A DNA stretch of 32,908 bases, from positions 251,659 to 284,566 of the forward strand of contig BCKZ01000025.1 in NCBI GenBank assembly GCA_001600815.1. Reading direction: 5' to 3'. Below the pieces are notes generated by a model, which saw only the letters and a program-made list of their open reading frames with translations, did no database searches and had not been told where the DNA came from. The stretch's first letter is position 1; each line of letters starts with the position of its first letter. Source of the DNA: Alloascoidea hylecoeti. Its lineage: Eukaryota. This document shows positions 9,855 to 22,322 of the stretch, piece after piece. The position numbers and the translations under genes were made by a program.

Positions 9855-12800
9855 TTACTGAAGTCGCCTATTAGCATTAGCGCCATACGTAAATCCCAAT
9901 GGAGTATCATCTGGAGATGTAGATCTTGCATTGTTATATAATGGCGTATTAGACCGGCCTTGATTTCTTTGATATTGTGGATTAGGAGATATAGATTGTT
10001 GCCTATTTGCTGACACAGGGCTCATCATGTTCATACCTGGTCCATATGACTGAGGTTTAGGAGCAAACACTTGTTGATCCGCACCCGGAGAAAACGGTTT
10101 GCTATATTGACTAACTCTTCTATACGCTTCAGGTTGAAAGGTTTCTTGGGTAGGACCTGGAGTAGGAGCTTTCAACCTATTGAACGTTTGAGATTGAGGA
10201 TGGCGTGACCCAATGGTATCTATAACTGAAGGAACGGCGGAACCTGATCTTGATGGAACTCCAGGAACCGTTAAGCGAGAGTCAGGTCTTCCAGGTGTAT
10301 CTTGAGGGGAAATGTAATTATTTCCTTGGAAAGAGTTGGGATTTTTCAAATCTTGCATTTGGTAATATTCAGAACCATTATTAAATTGACTTCCCGATTC
10401 ATAATTGGAGGATGCTTGCCTTTTAGCCGTGGTCATATTCATTTCTGCCAATTCACTGTTGTAAGCACTGTATTTATTGGTAACGACAACATTTCTATTG
10501 AAATACTCAGCTGGACGAATAGCTCCAGGCAAATTATTTCTCATGGCATATTCTGCCCATGTTTCAATTGGAATAGAATTTTCGTCAAATTCTTCCTCAG
10601 TTATTGCAACTACCTTCTTACCATCTTTCTCTTCAACGACTACTCTTGTATTACCCCAGGAGAAATCATCCATATACCAGAAAGAATAAATCGGAAGAAT
10701 AAAACTATGAAGAGGCAACATAATGAAATATACGACCATCCAACCAATAAGCATGAATTGTTTCTTCATGACATAAATAATAGCTTGCAAACCATAAGTA
10801 CCAGCAATCATAATTAGTGAAATTGTAGGGAAACTTGTGGACCCGGAAGCTATAACGTATACTAGATAAACCAAATATACAAACACGGAAGGCATCAAAA
10901 CAGTACCAAGTAAATCAACAAAGATAATAAATCTCATACTAAAACATAAAGCACCACATAACTTTTTCAACTTCAACATTTCCACAAGATTATGGACCGT
11001 AGAATTAATCCATCTTCTTCTCTGTGAAAGTAAAACAGAAAATTCTTCCGGAGCTGTGGTTCTGGCTAAAGCATCTGCATTGAATTTTAAATGATATTGG
11101 GGGAAATATTTCGTAACTAAAGTAGTGAGATACCTATCTTCACCGAGAGAAAACAAATTCTTTTTGTGTAAAGTATCAATATCATCAACTGAATATTCAC
11201 GAATAATATCATCTGAAATAATTAATGGTTGACCTTTATCTGCAGTTCTGATTCTATAAAGAGAGAAACAACCTGGTAAACAAGTAACACTTCCAAATAA
11301 ACTTTCAAAAGCTTTTGTAAGATGATGGGAGATAAAGTACTCGTATATTTGAAGCATAGTAAAAAGAGAGTTTTCTTCATTCATAAGTTTCGTTTCACCA
11401 CATGTACCAATAATTCTCCTATCACGAACACAACTGGAAATTAATATTGTAAGTGCCTCCGGGGTAGTCATTGTATCGGCATCAATCATAAATATATATT
11501 CGTACAATTCTGGGTCAACACCGATGATATTATTAATGTGATGGAATACTTCAAGTTCAAGTGGACACATGGGTCTTTGATAATGAACCTTATTAAGAAA
11601 CTTAAAAAGCATCATTTGTGTATCTCTCTTACCTCTATTTCCAGGTTTCGAATGTTCACTTTCTTTTCCGACCTTCACAATTACAATATAAGGACAAACA
11701 CTTCCTTCAAATTCATATAAACCAGAGTAAACTTTTCCGTAATTCAATTTCTTCAGGCCTTCACCGATACTTCTAAAAGGTAAAGCTGGTGGATCATATT
11801 TCTCATCAACACCAAAAATATCAAGAACAATTTGAGCGGTACTTTTATCGTTACCGGAACCAGTAATTACACCATCACAAATAACAAACAATAATTTCTT
11901 TTGATTGTCGTAATTCAAAGTTGTAATAGAATCAATGGCATATCTTAAAGCTTGTTCGTCTTCTGTATAGGCAGGAATTTGGCATATAACGTATTTTGAT
12001 TGTGGAGAAGGCTTTTTACCAAAACCAAATTGTAACGCGGCAAGAAACTTTCCAATAGTCACAGCTGATAAGAGACACGCATATCCCAATAATATATAAT
12101 TAGAAGCTTGACATCTGGCAGATTTTCTGAAATCTGGTATACCAGCGGTAGCAATTTCTTTAATACAATTCATATTAATGTCTAGCATAGTCTGATTAAG
12201 ATTAGCTTCCTTAATTTTTTTAGTAATATCAGTACCAGCGTTATCTTTAAAAAGATCAGTGACATCTGTATCCAAAAATTCATAGGTATCGTCACCATCA
12301 TATAAATCCAGAGAATAAAAGTAATTTGTTAAATCATAGATGGTCCCATTAACTGTTGCCCAATACTGACTATATCTGTCTGCTTGGGATGCAAGCTTCT
12401 TTTTTGATACTACTAAGGAGCCTTTATAATACTTCTTTAAGCCGGGAACAAGGTATTCATCATACCATGAGGAATTATACAACACTGAAGTTTGGGTAGT
12501 GACCTTATATGGCCCACTATAATGGATTGCATTTGTATAGGAGATAGTATTATTTGGTGTAAGCCAAAGAGTTTTACTAGTAACCAATGAAGGACAAGCA
12601 ACATATAAAGGTTTTGGGAAATAATCAGATAGGTCAAGACCAGCAAATTCCAACATAGTACTTGATGTCGTTTCAATACTAGTATCAGAGTGCTGCTTCT
12701 TATAAAACTTGGAGAAATTATATACCTTTCCATGAATTGCAGCATAATAGTCGCTAGTTCCTGTATGATATCCCACTTCCTTGATATTCCAAGCGCTATC

Positions 12801-14961
12801 TGAATCAGGACAGGTGATTTTCGTCAAAAAAATCATATAGAAAATAATGAAAGCATTAGAGATGAAAATCATAGCACAGATGACAAATTTTTCTCTCCAT
12901 GCCATTCTCATCTCCTGTCTCTTAATACGTCCAACATATTTTAAAAGAAAACTAGGAATCCACCAGGTCATGGCCCAAGTGAAAGCAACCCAAAGTCTTC
13001 TTTCCATTGTAGTTTTTAAAACGACTGGCTTAGCTTTACCTCCCCCAATATTTGCTTCATCATCATTAACTTTGAAGTTCTTGGTCAGGTAATCATCAGC
13101 AAGAAGTTCTTCCTCATCTTTCTTTTTATTTAAATCTGGGGTTGAAAAATCACCTTGCGAAAAAACATTAGATCCGTTTGGACCTTGTTCTGAAAACGGG
13201 TCAATGCCACTAGCAGCACGGGAAAACTGTTGCTGTGGATTAATAGATTGGTATTGTTCACTTTCTAAAGTTTGCCAGACAGAATCTGTAATCCATATTC
13301 TCTCGGTTCCAAAAAATGCATCATAAATAGACCATCCACGATTTTGCATAAACCATTCTTGAAGACCTTCTGGACTAACATAAGCTGGAACTACATTTGT
13401 ATAATTATCCAAAAATTCGTTATAATCAAAATCAACCGAGTATGGGCAAGCTTGTCGTCTAGCAATCCATTCTGTGATCATAATTTCACGTATTTGAGCA
13501 GATATAAAGCTAGTATTCCAGTTTTCTTCAACATTAAAACGTGAATCTGATTGAAATGATGCAGCTTTTGAAGTAGCTAAATTCAAAACAGCCCAAACAC
13601 GAGTTTCATCACACATTTCTTCTAACTCGGAATTGAATTTCTCTCCTGCATTGGCAGCGGGGGTCTCACCCATCATTCCATCATCAATTCCAACTGGTTC
13701 TTTAGTTAAGATTTTAGAACTAAATATTTTCTCTGGGATAATCTCATTAAATATTTTGTTGTTTTGAAAGGCTATTTCATTGTCTCTGATTTTGTTTGAA
13801 ACAGCAGTAGAAATCGGCTGAGCAGTAAATCCATCATTAACTAATTCACTATTAATACCAATTGTATCATCGAATACCGATCTTAGAACTCTGAAATCAG
13901 AATATGGAAGATCAATAATGTTGATAACAGAACATATTCCATCATCCGTCGCAGCCGACATTGAATCCAATGGGACTACAGGCTTAATTCTCTCTAGGAA
14001 TAACTCATTTAGACGACTTACAATAAAATCAATCAATTTTATATATGTTGTTGTTATAACTTGTTCAACTTGATATTTTTGAAATACTTCCGGTTCCAAA
14101 TTAAGTAACGTAGCACCATCGATTAAATCATCATCATTTTCTTTGGCATTACCAAGTAATAAAATGGCAGATAAAACACTTAAAATCTCTGTAATTTCAG
14201 AACCTTTGAATCCACAGGATTTTAACTCTTGCCTCCAATCAGCCGATAGAGCCGAATCATCCAAAATGAGACTCTTGATATTGTCAAATGAGTAAGTGTT
14301 GGATTTATTTAAAAGGTTGTAATCCTTAAAATCTTTGATTGATAGAATTTCTTTTTCCTGTTGAGTGGCCGAATTTATCAAATGATAAAAGGCATCAAAA
14401 GACCTATATCCTTCAGCCTCTGGGAGGTGAAGTAATGGCTTAAGGTCTATTTGCTGACTACATAGTTTCAGCTCGGCCCTCAGAACGAGACCCTGTGTGT
14501 CGATACTGAAAGAAAATATAACACCATTATGAAACTTTGAAAAGATATTATCCGGTGTTGCGGCACTCAGAAAGGAGTTCAACACACCTAAAGCGTTTTC
14601 AAAAATGCCTTCCTCATCGGGTATAGCACCAACTATTGACTTGAAGGAGGTCGGGGCGCATTTATTCAGGGGACTAAAGTTCCGTTAGAAAGTCAAAATG
14701 GCGAACCAAAAAAAAATTTATGAGACACTAAAATACATACGTTATCACAAGAGTCTGATTCTCTGAACGAAGGTATGCGTGTTTCCAAAGGTTGTTGAGG
14801 AAGTTTTCGTCGACAGATGAGTTTATCTGAATAATTGTGGTAGAATCGACGACGATAGTAGGATCCGCTTCGTCAAACTGGGTGCGTATGGTTTCCAGAA
14901 GAGACGTGGTAGTAACTTGCGGCCCTTTGGAGAGTCGTGAAGAAGCCCGGCTCATCGACAT
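9855..14961 (-). CDS. Chitin synthase with a short degenerate myosin motor-like domain and two cytochrome-b5-like domains (class VII/V, Csm-type), 2 exons, about 1679 aa
   Basis: Exon 1 is 14961-14741; the intron is 14740-14674 (GTATGT..TCTAAC..TAG); exon 2 is 14673-9855 and is in frame with the 1576-aa ORF. Catalytic-domain motifs: PAYTE, ICDG, KPGNRGKRD, IDADT, QIYEYFISHHLTKAFESLFGSVTCLPGCF, LGEDRYLT, QRRRW, DDFSWGNTR. b5-like segments: AIHGKVYNFSKF and TVNGTIYDLTNY. Myosin-like remnants: GYRSFDAFYHL and LSAILLLGN. Confidence 0.95.
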
Positions 14962-16479
14962 TTTAATGGCTCAGAGGTTTGTGACACGAACACAAATTCA
15001 AGTATTTCTAGAGAGTAAAAAAAAGTAGAAGGAGGCATCGTAATTGATTTAATAAGCCTTAAAAGAGCACGAGTATCTGTGCATCTGCTACTGGGACATA
15101 AAACAGCTCGTATGTCTCTTACATGGTAAAATCAAGGCCCACCGCTTATTTTTTACTGGCTGGTTCTATTAATAGCCAACTCTCAATATTCATAACGTAA
15201 TGTTATATTAATTAGTTAAAGTGCACTCCATTCAAATAATTAACATATACTGTTAATTGTAACGTCATTTCCCCAAATATTTATACTAAGATCAATGGGA
15301 CTCTTTTCAAACTCAATATCCAGATATAGGTTAAAGTTCTCAATGCTTGGAGTTTAATTATTTTATATCGACGTTATTCTTACAATTCTTCAATTTTTGA
15401 AGCCCCTTTAGAATTATATAATATAGCTTCTTTAATTTATTAGAATGTGTTGAAACTATATTTAGCAACATATGCAAATTAATAATATCTTAATTTATAT
15501 AAGTTAGATAGTTAAAAAGTAATATAAAAAGAGAAGAAATCCACCTCAGGATTTCTTTCTCTATCCTTTATCTTATTCATATTCTTAACTATTAAAAGTT
15601 AAAAGTTTTTTAGAATGTTGTTATAAAGAGGCATATATAGGCCTATAAATAGATAATCATAACACTACACGGCTGTCATCGATAGCTATAGTAGTGGGCT
15701 CGAGCTGTAGTTATGGCAAATTATATTAACATCTGGATCCGGCTAAGATGGTATCGTTATAACGTTGTAAGTGGACATCTTTATTTGGTTATTTGGCTAT
15801 GGGTGTGCGTAATGTTATGTTCCCATGTCGGGTAGAAGATACCTTCGGCTCAATCATACATCAAGCTTAATACACAGAAAATACAAATTTAAAATATATC
15901 TTTATCAAGCAGCATGTATTGTATGTATGAAAATAACTAACATACATTCTTTCCACTTATTTTCGTTATACGGTGTATGAATGTTTGGGACATTGTGAAT
16001 AAACCTTGCTGCTCTTAGATGAGATATACGGTATGGGTTAGGGTGGGTGGGTAATCATTGATTGTCAACTTCCATGCAACGCTGAGGAAAACCAAAAAGG
16101 CGGAAACCTTAACCACACTTCCGAAATCCATTTCAATATATAAAGACGCAAGATATAGATAAGTGGAAAATCTAAATCATATCGTTTCGAAATAACTTTT
16201 GCACTTCACTGTTAAACTGTTATATGATTTAATTTTGTGTAAATAATAAGAACAGTAAACAGCCAAAATGCTTAATATTTCACTTTTAACTGTACGGGAT
16301 AATACGGAACCTTACCAACAACTTTTCTGAAATAATACTTCCTATATTAAAAGTGTATTTTAGTTACTGGACGCACTTGGATCATCCACAAGCGTAGGAA
16401 ATCTAATGACCCACAATGGTCCCACATAGACATACGAGTATATTTATATTTGTAGATAATTGGATTGGCGATTTAACCG

Positions 16480-16902
16480 GTGGATCCAATAATGGGAACA
16501 CTCCTAGTGAGATTTAGGACGGTGTACCTGGATAGTGAAACTATCAAACTTTTGTGGTTCTTTTATATTGGTACCCTAAAAATGAAAACAAAAGGTAATA
16601 AACGAGAACAAGTATTTGCGCGGTGCTTGCCCATATTGGGTGATATTGTTGGAGGAGGATTATCTTCCTTCATTTTTGGGATGATCGATCTTGGTATTGG
16701 GCTCAATGAATTGTATTGGTGTTTTATTCATATGATTTCCTTTTTTGTTTCTAATTTTTTGCGTATATTTTTCTTCGTTTGCATTTCTATGACAAGTAGT
16801 GTTAGGAATATTTATAACTGTATATATGTGAAAGGATGTAATAAGACATACCATTTTACTGGATTTGATTGTAACAGCAACCTGTCTAGTTTCCATCTCT
16901 AA
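16480..16902 (+). pseudogene. Possible decayed fragment of an ACS-family (Dal5/Tna1/Fen2-like) MFS transporter
   Basis: LLVRF...GNKREQVF..LPILGDIVGGGLSSFIFGMIDLGIGLNELYWCFI...IFFFV loosely follows the ACS TM4-TM6 pattern (LRFLLG..E...KR..F...LAG.FGGLLA..I..MDG..GL.GWRW.FI...FF). Flanking frames are closed. The resemblance is by eye only. Confidence 0.3.
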
Positions 16903-16968
16903 TACCTGCTAATTAAATCATGGTTTTGTTTTTTGAAAAATTTCCTTGTAAATCATTTAGTGATAAAC

Positions 16969-17965
16969 TTAAAATAGTTTAGATAGCGTTAAACTTATTC
17001 TAAGCTGTGATACTTCAGTTGAGATTATTGATGAATTATTACCTTCATGAAATGAATCTAATTCAAGTATAAAATCTCCAATAGTAGCATCACTTATACT
17101 AATTGAAACTGATGTATTTTTATTTGACTCACATGAATCATACATGTACATATAATCAGATTTCAAAGATGATGAATTAATTCTATTTGGCTTTGCAATT
17201 GATGACGATGATCTTAAAGATTGATCATCTGCTGATAATGGATCAATCGAAGAATTATCATCATCCTCTTTTGAAATGAGGTATCAAGATCCGAATAATA
17301 TGTTTATCAGATGAAACTGAAAATGCAGGGGGTTTTATCATCATTTTGAGATTGTAATAGTTGATCAACAATCACAAATTTTATAATGAACAGGAGATAA
17401 TGATATTTGAGTCGTTTCAAGACCACTTCCATTTTTATTTTCAATAGATTTATAATCTTTCAATTGTAGTGTATCATTTTCATAGATCGTAATTGAAACT
17501 CTAGTTGAGGAGGGTTGGAATGCGAATTCCGATTCGGAAGGGATGGTAGTCGTACTGTAGTGGTAGCAGCAATAGTAGAAGTCAACTCGAACTTATCGAA
17601 GGTGTGTTTGAACTCCAAACCAGAAGCGAAAGGGGGCTCTTTTTGCTCTTTAGTTAGTAAGTTAAGAACGCGACGGAACTCACACACAATGGGTGGAGGG
17701 CCACATGTGGGCCACCAAAGCCAGCTGGTCCAGACGATGAAGCTACAACGGGGGAAGGAAAACATCAGATCTGCCAAGAGGCAAAGATCATGGTTAGAAA
17801 AAGAAGAGAAGAAGAAAAATGTGGGATTGTATTCAAATTACCTGATGGAGCTAGGATCAGAGAAGAGTCGTGAATGTAGGACGTTCGAGATTTCTCTTCA
17901 TTTTTTGGTTAAGAAGTTATTGATTGTAATAATGTCTTCGATTCTTCACGTATTTTCATTTTCAT
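16969..17965 (-). pseudogene. Decayed intron-containing gene of unknown function (Ser/Asp-rich C-terminal part)
   Basis: ATG at 17965 opens a frame with one internal TAA. A well-formed 71-nt intron (17841-17771; GTAATT..TTCTAAC..CAG) joins it in phase to ORF 17460-17777. Frameshifted protein-like pieces follow (SESEFAFQPSSTRVSITIYEND..; EDDDNSSIDPLSADDQSLRSSSS..), ending at TAA 16969. Confidence 0.45.
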
Positions 17966-19089
17966 GTGTGTTCTCCTATTATAATTAAAGTTCACGATCA
18001 AAATCAGGACACACTTTTCAAAATTGAAAAAAATAAAACAAATAGGGGAATATAAAACTATGTGGTAGATGTATTTTTATAGATTATGAAGCAGAGAATG
18101 CTTTTGCCAGGCCCTCTATTATAGCAACTTTTCTTGCAGCTCTATTGTTGGGCTTTTTTGGCCTTGAAATTAATTTTATTTCTTCAATGATTCATTTCTT
18201 CATTTCTTCCACTAGAATTTGTAGAGTACAACGAACGATTGCAATGATTTCTAGTGTAATTAAGTACCGAAAGTCTTATTATATTGGCAACTAAATCAAT
18301 AATCAAGTTGTAATCTGATAAGTGAGTATACGTATACTCTAGCTATAAGCTGAGCTTTAGTTGCTTCATCTTTTTCTGCCGTCACCACACACTATTTGTT
18401 TAACTGCTATAGTTTTTCACACGTATGTGTGGCTTTATCAAGTGTAATTTCACCATTTGAACCCTTCTTATTCCTTATTCCCATTCAGAATGTTTTCCTT
18501 ATTATTTGTTAAGGAGAACCGAGGTATATAGTGAGTATAGACCTGACAAATAGAAACCAGATTTAATACTTTTCCTCAAGGTTAATATTCTTGCTCTTCT
18601 CTAAACTTGTATATCAAGAAAATTTCCCCTTTAGACCCCGTAGTTTTTGGGTTCTCTCAGGTAAAACTTCATGTTTTCGAATTCAAAAATTAGTTTGCTA
18701 GATAATAATTGTACAAGTTAAGCAGGATAATCAACCGTATACTGTACTAATCATGGTTCCAAAATATTGAAATCATAAATGATTTTGGTTCTACTTTAGC
18801 CTAATAATGATTCAGCGGTTAGGAAATTGATATGAATGTAAGATATATATTAAATAATATATATAACAGTCTATCTAATTATTTATATAATTGAAATGAA
18901 GGGATTCTGAGTCAGATCAAGTGACATCTGATGATTGCTGGTTGATATTATATTAGTTCAAAGAATAACTATCTTATATTTTTCACATCACAATGATCAC
19001 ATCAGATCAAGATGTAGTATTTAACTGTATATTATGTCAAATAGAATGTACTTTCTAAAAGAACCAACTCTCCTTTTTCTCATTCCAGG

Positions 19090-19850
19090 ATGACGTTATT
19101 GCCTTTTGACCCCAGTTCAGTAGGCACATTCTCATATACTGAGGGTGACAATTATCAATCGCAGCACTAAAAAAATAGGCCCAATAATTGGGACGAAGAA
19201 TACTTCTCGATTCAGAAAACTTAACAGAGAGAGCACACTATTTACATCAAAAATAAGATGGTGAGACTATTAAAGACTGGGTTAAAAACTACACATTTTA
19301 TTTGATGATTTTACACTATGAGTTCCTCGAAGATGGATATAATTCTCATTAACTTAATGGAAAATTACCATGAAATTACCATGAAACCTCCCCAAAGGCA
19401 ACTACTAGAACTGAATGTCGCAAAAATAATATTGCCTTAGCTGGTAAGACATATATAATAGATTTTAGCTTTGTTATTCCCGAGAAATCATTGGAACCAT
19501 GTAAAGATAACCAGCTCTATAAACTTTTACCCCCTAGTTTCAAGAGCCATTATCCTTATAAGATAATGCATTTCAATAAAAATTCTCGAAATTATATACA
19601 TCACTATTCCATTCCTAGGCCAAATAATTACCAACAGAAATGGTATAGTAACCGTGATCTCGTGTCTATGATCGACAATTAATTCCAACAGGTCTCGATC
19701 TCATCTGTGTCGTACCTCTGTGATTAACAGCTTATCTGATAAGTTCAAATGGAATAAGTTCTGCATAAATAGTCACGAATATGTTGATTTTAGAAATACT
19801 TATTATGGAAGCCAGATTTGAAAATTATGTTACTCTGGCTGATCGATTTG
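19090..19850 (+). pseudogene. Bul1/arrestin-like ubiquitin-ligase adaptor relic
   Basis: Collinear fragments: PFDPSSVGTFSYTEGD (19102-19149), LAGKTYIIDFSFVIPEKSLEPCKDNQLYKLLPPSF (19437-19541) and MIDN*FQQVSISSVSY (about 19668-19715). The order matches the Bul1 N-domain (DP..Y..GD / G..Y..F.F.IP...L..C......LPPSF / D....SISY). There are many stops and frameshifts, and an 11-nt tandem duplication AAATTACCATG at 19362-19383. The 3' limit is uncertain. Confidence 0.6.
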
Positions 19851-21323
19851 GAGACACAGAACTAACCGAATCAATAATAGTATTTCAATACTTCGAAATT
19901 ATACCTTCATATCCTGTCCTTACATGCTGCAGTCATTCTCGATAAGACTTAATATATACCAGATGCTGATATATATGAAAATTCAAAGGAAAGTATGCAA
20001 TTTAAAACTATACATTCCATAAATACTCAAACAGGGCAGTTATATTTTTTTATAAACATTTCAAAAAAAATGGTTGGAGGCTAATACAAATAGTAATAAT
20101 ACTGATATTGTCAGCCGAATCAAAAATTAATTATAATTCATTCTCATGGCGGTTATGGTCCAGCAAATATCGTTTTGGTTTAAAAGTCCCTATTGATATA
20201 ATATTAATGCAAGAACTGATACTTCAACGATATCCTATGCTTTTTCGGAAGACGAACTCTCATGCAAACCATGATATTGGAAATATGAAACTATTATATA
20301 AGATCTAGATAAATAAGATTGCCTACCATTCCTATCAAGAATAATCAATAATTATATTAATTTAACTATAGTGTAAGCGGAATTATTTTCACAAATTAGT
20401 ATCATGGCTAAAACTGTATAGGCCTATAGATTGTAATTGGTTAGTTTGTGTTTTGGACTTTTATTCATACAGTATGAAAGTTAAGGTAGAAACAATATCG
20501 ATATAACCAGTACTTCATGGGTGACTGAACAATAGTCCCTCAATGTTTAGTTCATCATCTGGTCGATATTTATTCCACAACACGGCCAAATAGTAGTGTA
20601 GTGTAGTGTAGTCCCGATATTAAGTGAAGTTACAACAAATATGCATGATCCTAATTCCAGTTTACTTACCGTAGTTGTGCATATCGATATCTTATAAGGG
20701 CCCAAGTGTTTTAATTTGATTGTATTTATAATCAATTGCAATTACAATTGGCACCCCGCGAGAGTAAATATGTTGAAGTTGGAATATCCATATATATATT
20801 AATTGTCGTAGCTCTTAAGCTTACCTTATAACTATAAAATACTATTATAGTTAATCGATAGCAATCATAGTACTGTATATATGTAGTATCTATCTGCATG
20901 AAGAAGTTTAAGTTTTATGTAGACTTTAAAAGATTATCTCATCACCCAACACAAACCGCCCAACGATACAACGGTAAATTAATATTAACAAAGTTTCCGG
21001 TTATCCCTATGGTAATTATTATTAATTATGCACCATATCCGATTATAGATTATGTATTCGGCTATAAGAGAACAGATGCAGAGACATTGTTCATCAATAT
21101 TGTACTTGTAAATTAAATTTCAAACGGTTAATGGGGTTTTGTAATACCAACAACACAAGGGTATCAACTTTTTATTTAGCTATCATTTTTTCATAATTTA
21201 TTACGGATCGTCAATTGAACTATATCTTCACAACTTCCATTGATACAAAATATATATGCTAATTAACCGTTGTAACCCTCATTAAACAAACACTAAACAT
21301 TTTCCTATACGATACATACACAA

Positions 21324-22322
21324 TCATTTCTTCTCTACAGCTTTTTGTACTAGCCTAGAGGCAGATCTTCTCATTTTATTTAGGTAGCTGTCAATCCAGA
21401 ATGAAACAAAAAGCCAGGTTAAAGGAGCCAAATAAACAACGTTGAACATCAATGCAAAGACTTTTCCAGGATTATCAAGACATGAGCAGTAACCACCAGT
21501 GTTTGGGTCTAAGTAAAAAATAAATAAGTGTACTACAGCTAAAGATCCACCAAAAATGAATTGACAAATTTGAACCGTTGTTAATGATGCTTTAATGAAC
21601 TTTGGTACTTTGATCTTTAATGTTGTTAAAGAATAATAAAAATACATAATTGTATGAATTAAAGAGTTGAATACCACAAAGATCCAAATTGGTGGAGATT
21701 GAAACCGAAGTCCAGACCACATGGATAACATAGCACCAGAATGGTGATAAGTTTGTAAAACTGATGATTTTTTACCCTTTGCCAAGATAATCAATGTATC
21801 AATAATTTCATAAAATTTTGACAAATAAAAAATAAAACCGTAATAATTAAGACCGTTATCCCAAATCCCATGTTCAACATCACAAAGCGATCGCCAAAAG
21901 CTATCTTTCTTTTGGATTATGCTTTTGAAATCTCCAGATCTAAAAGCATTATATAATGTGAGAAATGTGTGGTCTGATGCTTCATAATTAGTAAAAGTGG
22001 TGAAAATAGCTGTGGTCATTGAATAACATGTCCAGGCTGAATAGACACAAAGACCAACATTGTGTGCAAGAACGAACCATCTCCACAACGCAGTTTTAGT
22101 TAAGGCTATGGGATTATGATTTGTTTCCCTAATCATATTACAATAGTGAACAAAAGAGGCATATAGAACAACAATTGTAATTGGGACCTTTGGGTTCATG
22201 AAAAAGCTGAAAACCGTCTCTGTGTATAAGGTAGTATCTGGAGCTGCCGGTTTTGGTAAGCCGACCGGCCAGTCAAACAGAGACTTTGGAGGATATGCTA
22301 AATAACTTGTATTTAATACCAT
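21324..22322 (-). CDS. GNS1/SUR4 (ELO) family fatty acid elongase, QTYHH subtype, 332 aa
   Basis: FYLSKFYEIIDT, LQTYHH, FNSLIHTIMYFYY, TTVQICQF and several transmembrane segments. The first ATG is at 22322; the ORF track starts at an upstream TTG. Confidence 0.93.
   Translation of the reverse strand: MVLNTSYLAYPPKSLFDWPVGLPKPAAPDTTLYTETVFSFFMNPKVPITIVVLYASFVHYCNMIRETNHNPIALTKTALWRWFVLAHNVGLCVYSAWTCYSMTTAIFTTFTNYEASDHTFLTLYNAFRSGDFKSIIQKKDSFWRSLCDVEHGIWDNGLNYYGFIFYLSKFYEIIDTLIILAKGKKSSVLQTYHHSGAMLSMWSGLRFQSPPIWIFVVFNSLIHTIMYFYYSLTTLKIKVPKFIKASLTTVQICQFIFGGSLAVVHLFIFYLDPNTGGYCSCLDNPGKVFALMFNVVYLAPLTWLFVSFWIDSYLNKMRRSASRLVQKAVEKK

Noticed and set aside
10302..13544. Several short ORFs overlapping the chitin synthase
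   Set aside because: Antisense or off-frame shadows of a long conserved CDS.
17515..17988. 157-aa plus-strand ORF
   Set aside because: TTG start and no motif. Splice signals and continuity favour a minus-strand relic.
18912..19021. TCAGATCAAG repeated, resembling the U2 snRNA segment AGATCAAGTGTAGTA
   Set aside because: The match is short and gapped, with no U2 stem I or Sm-site context.
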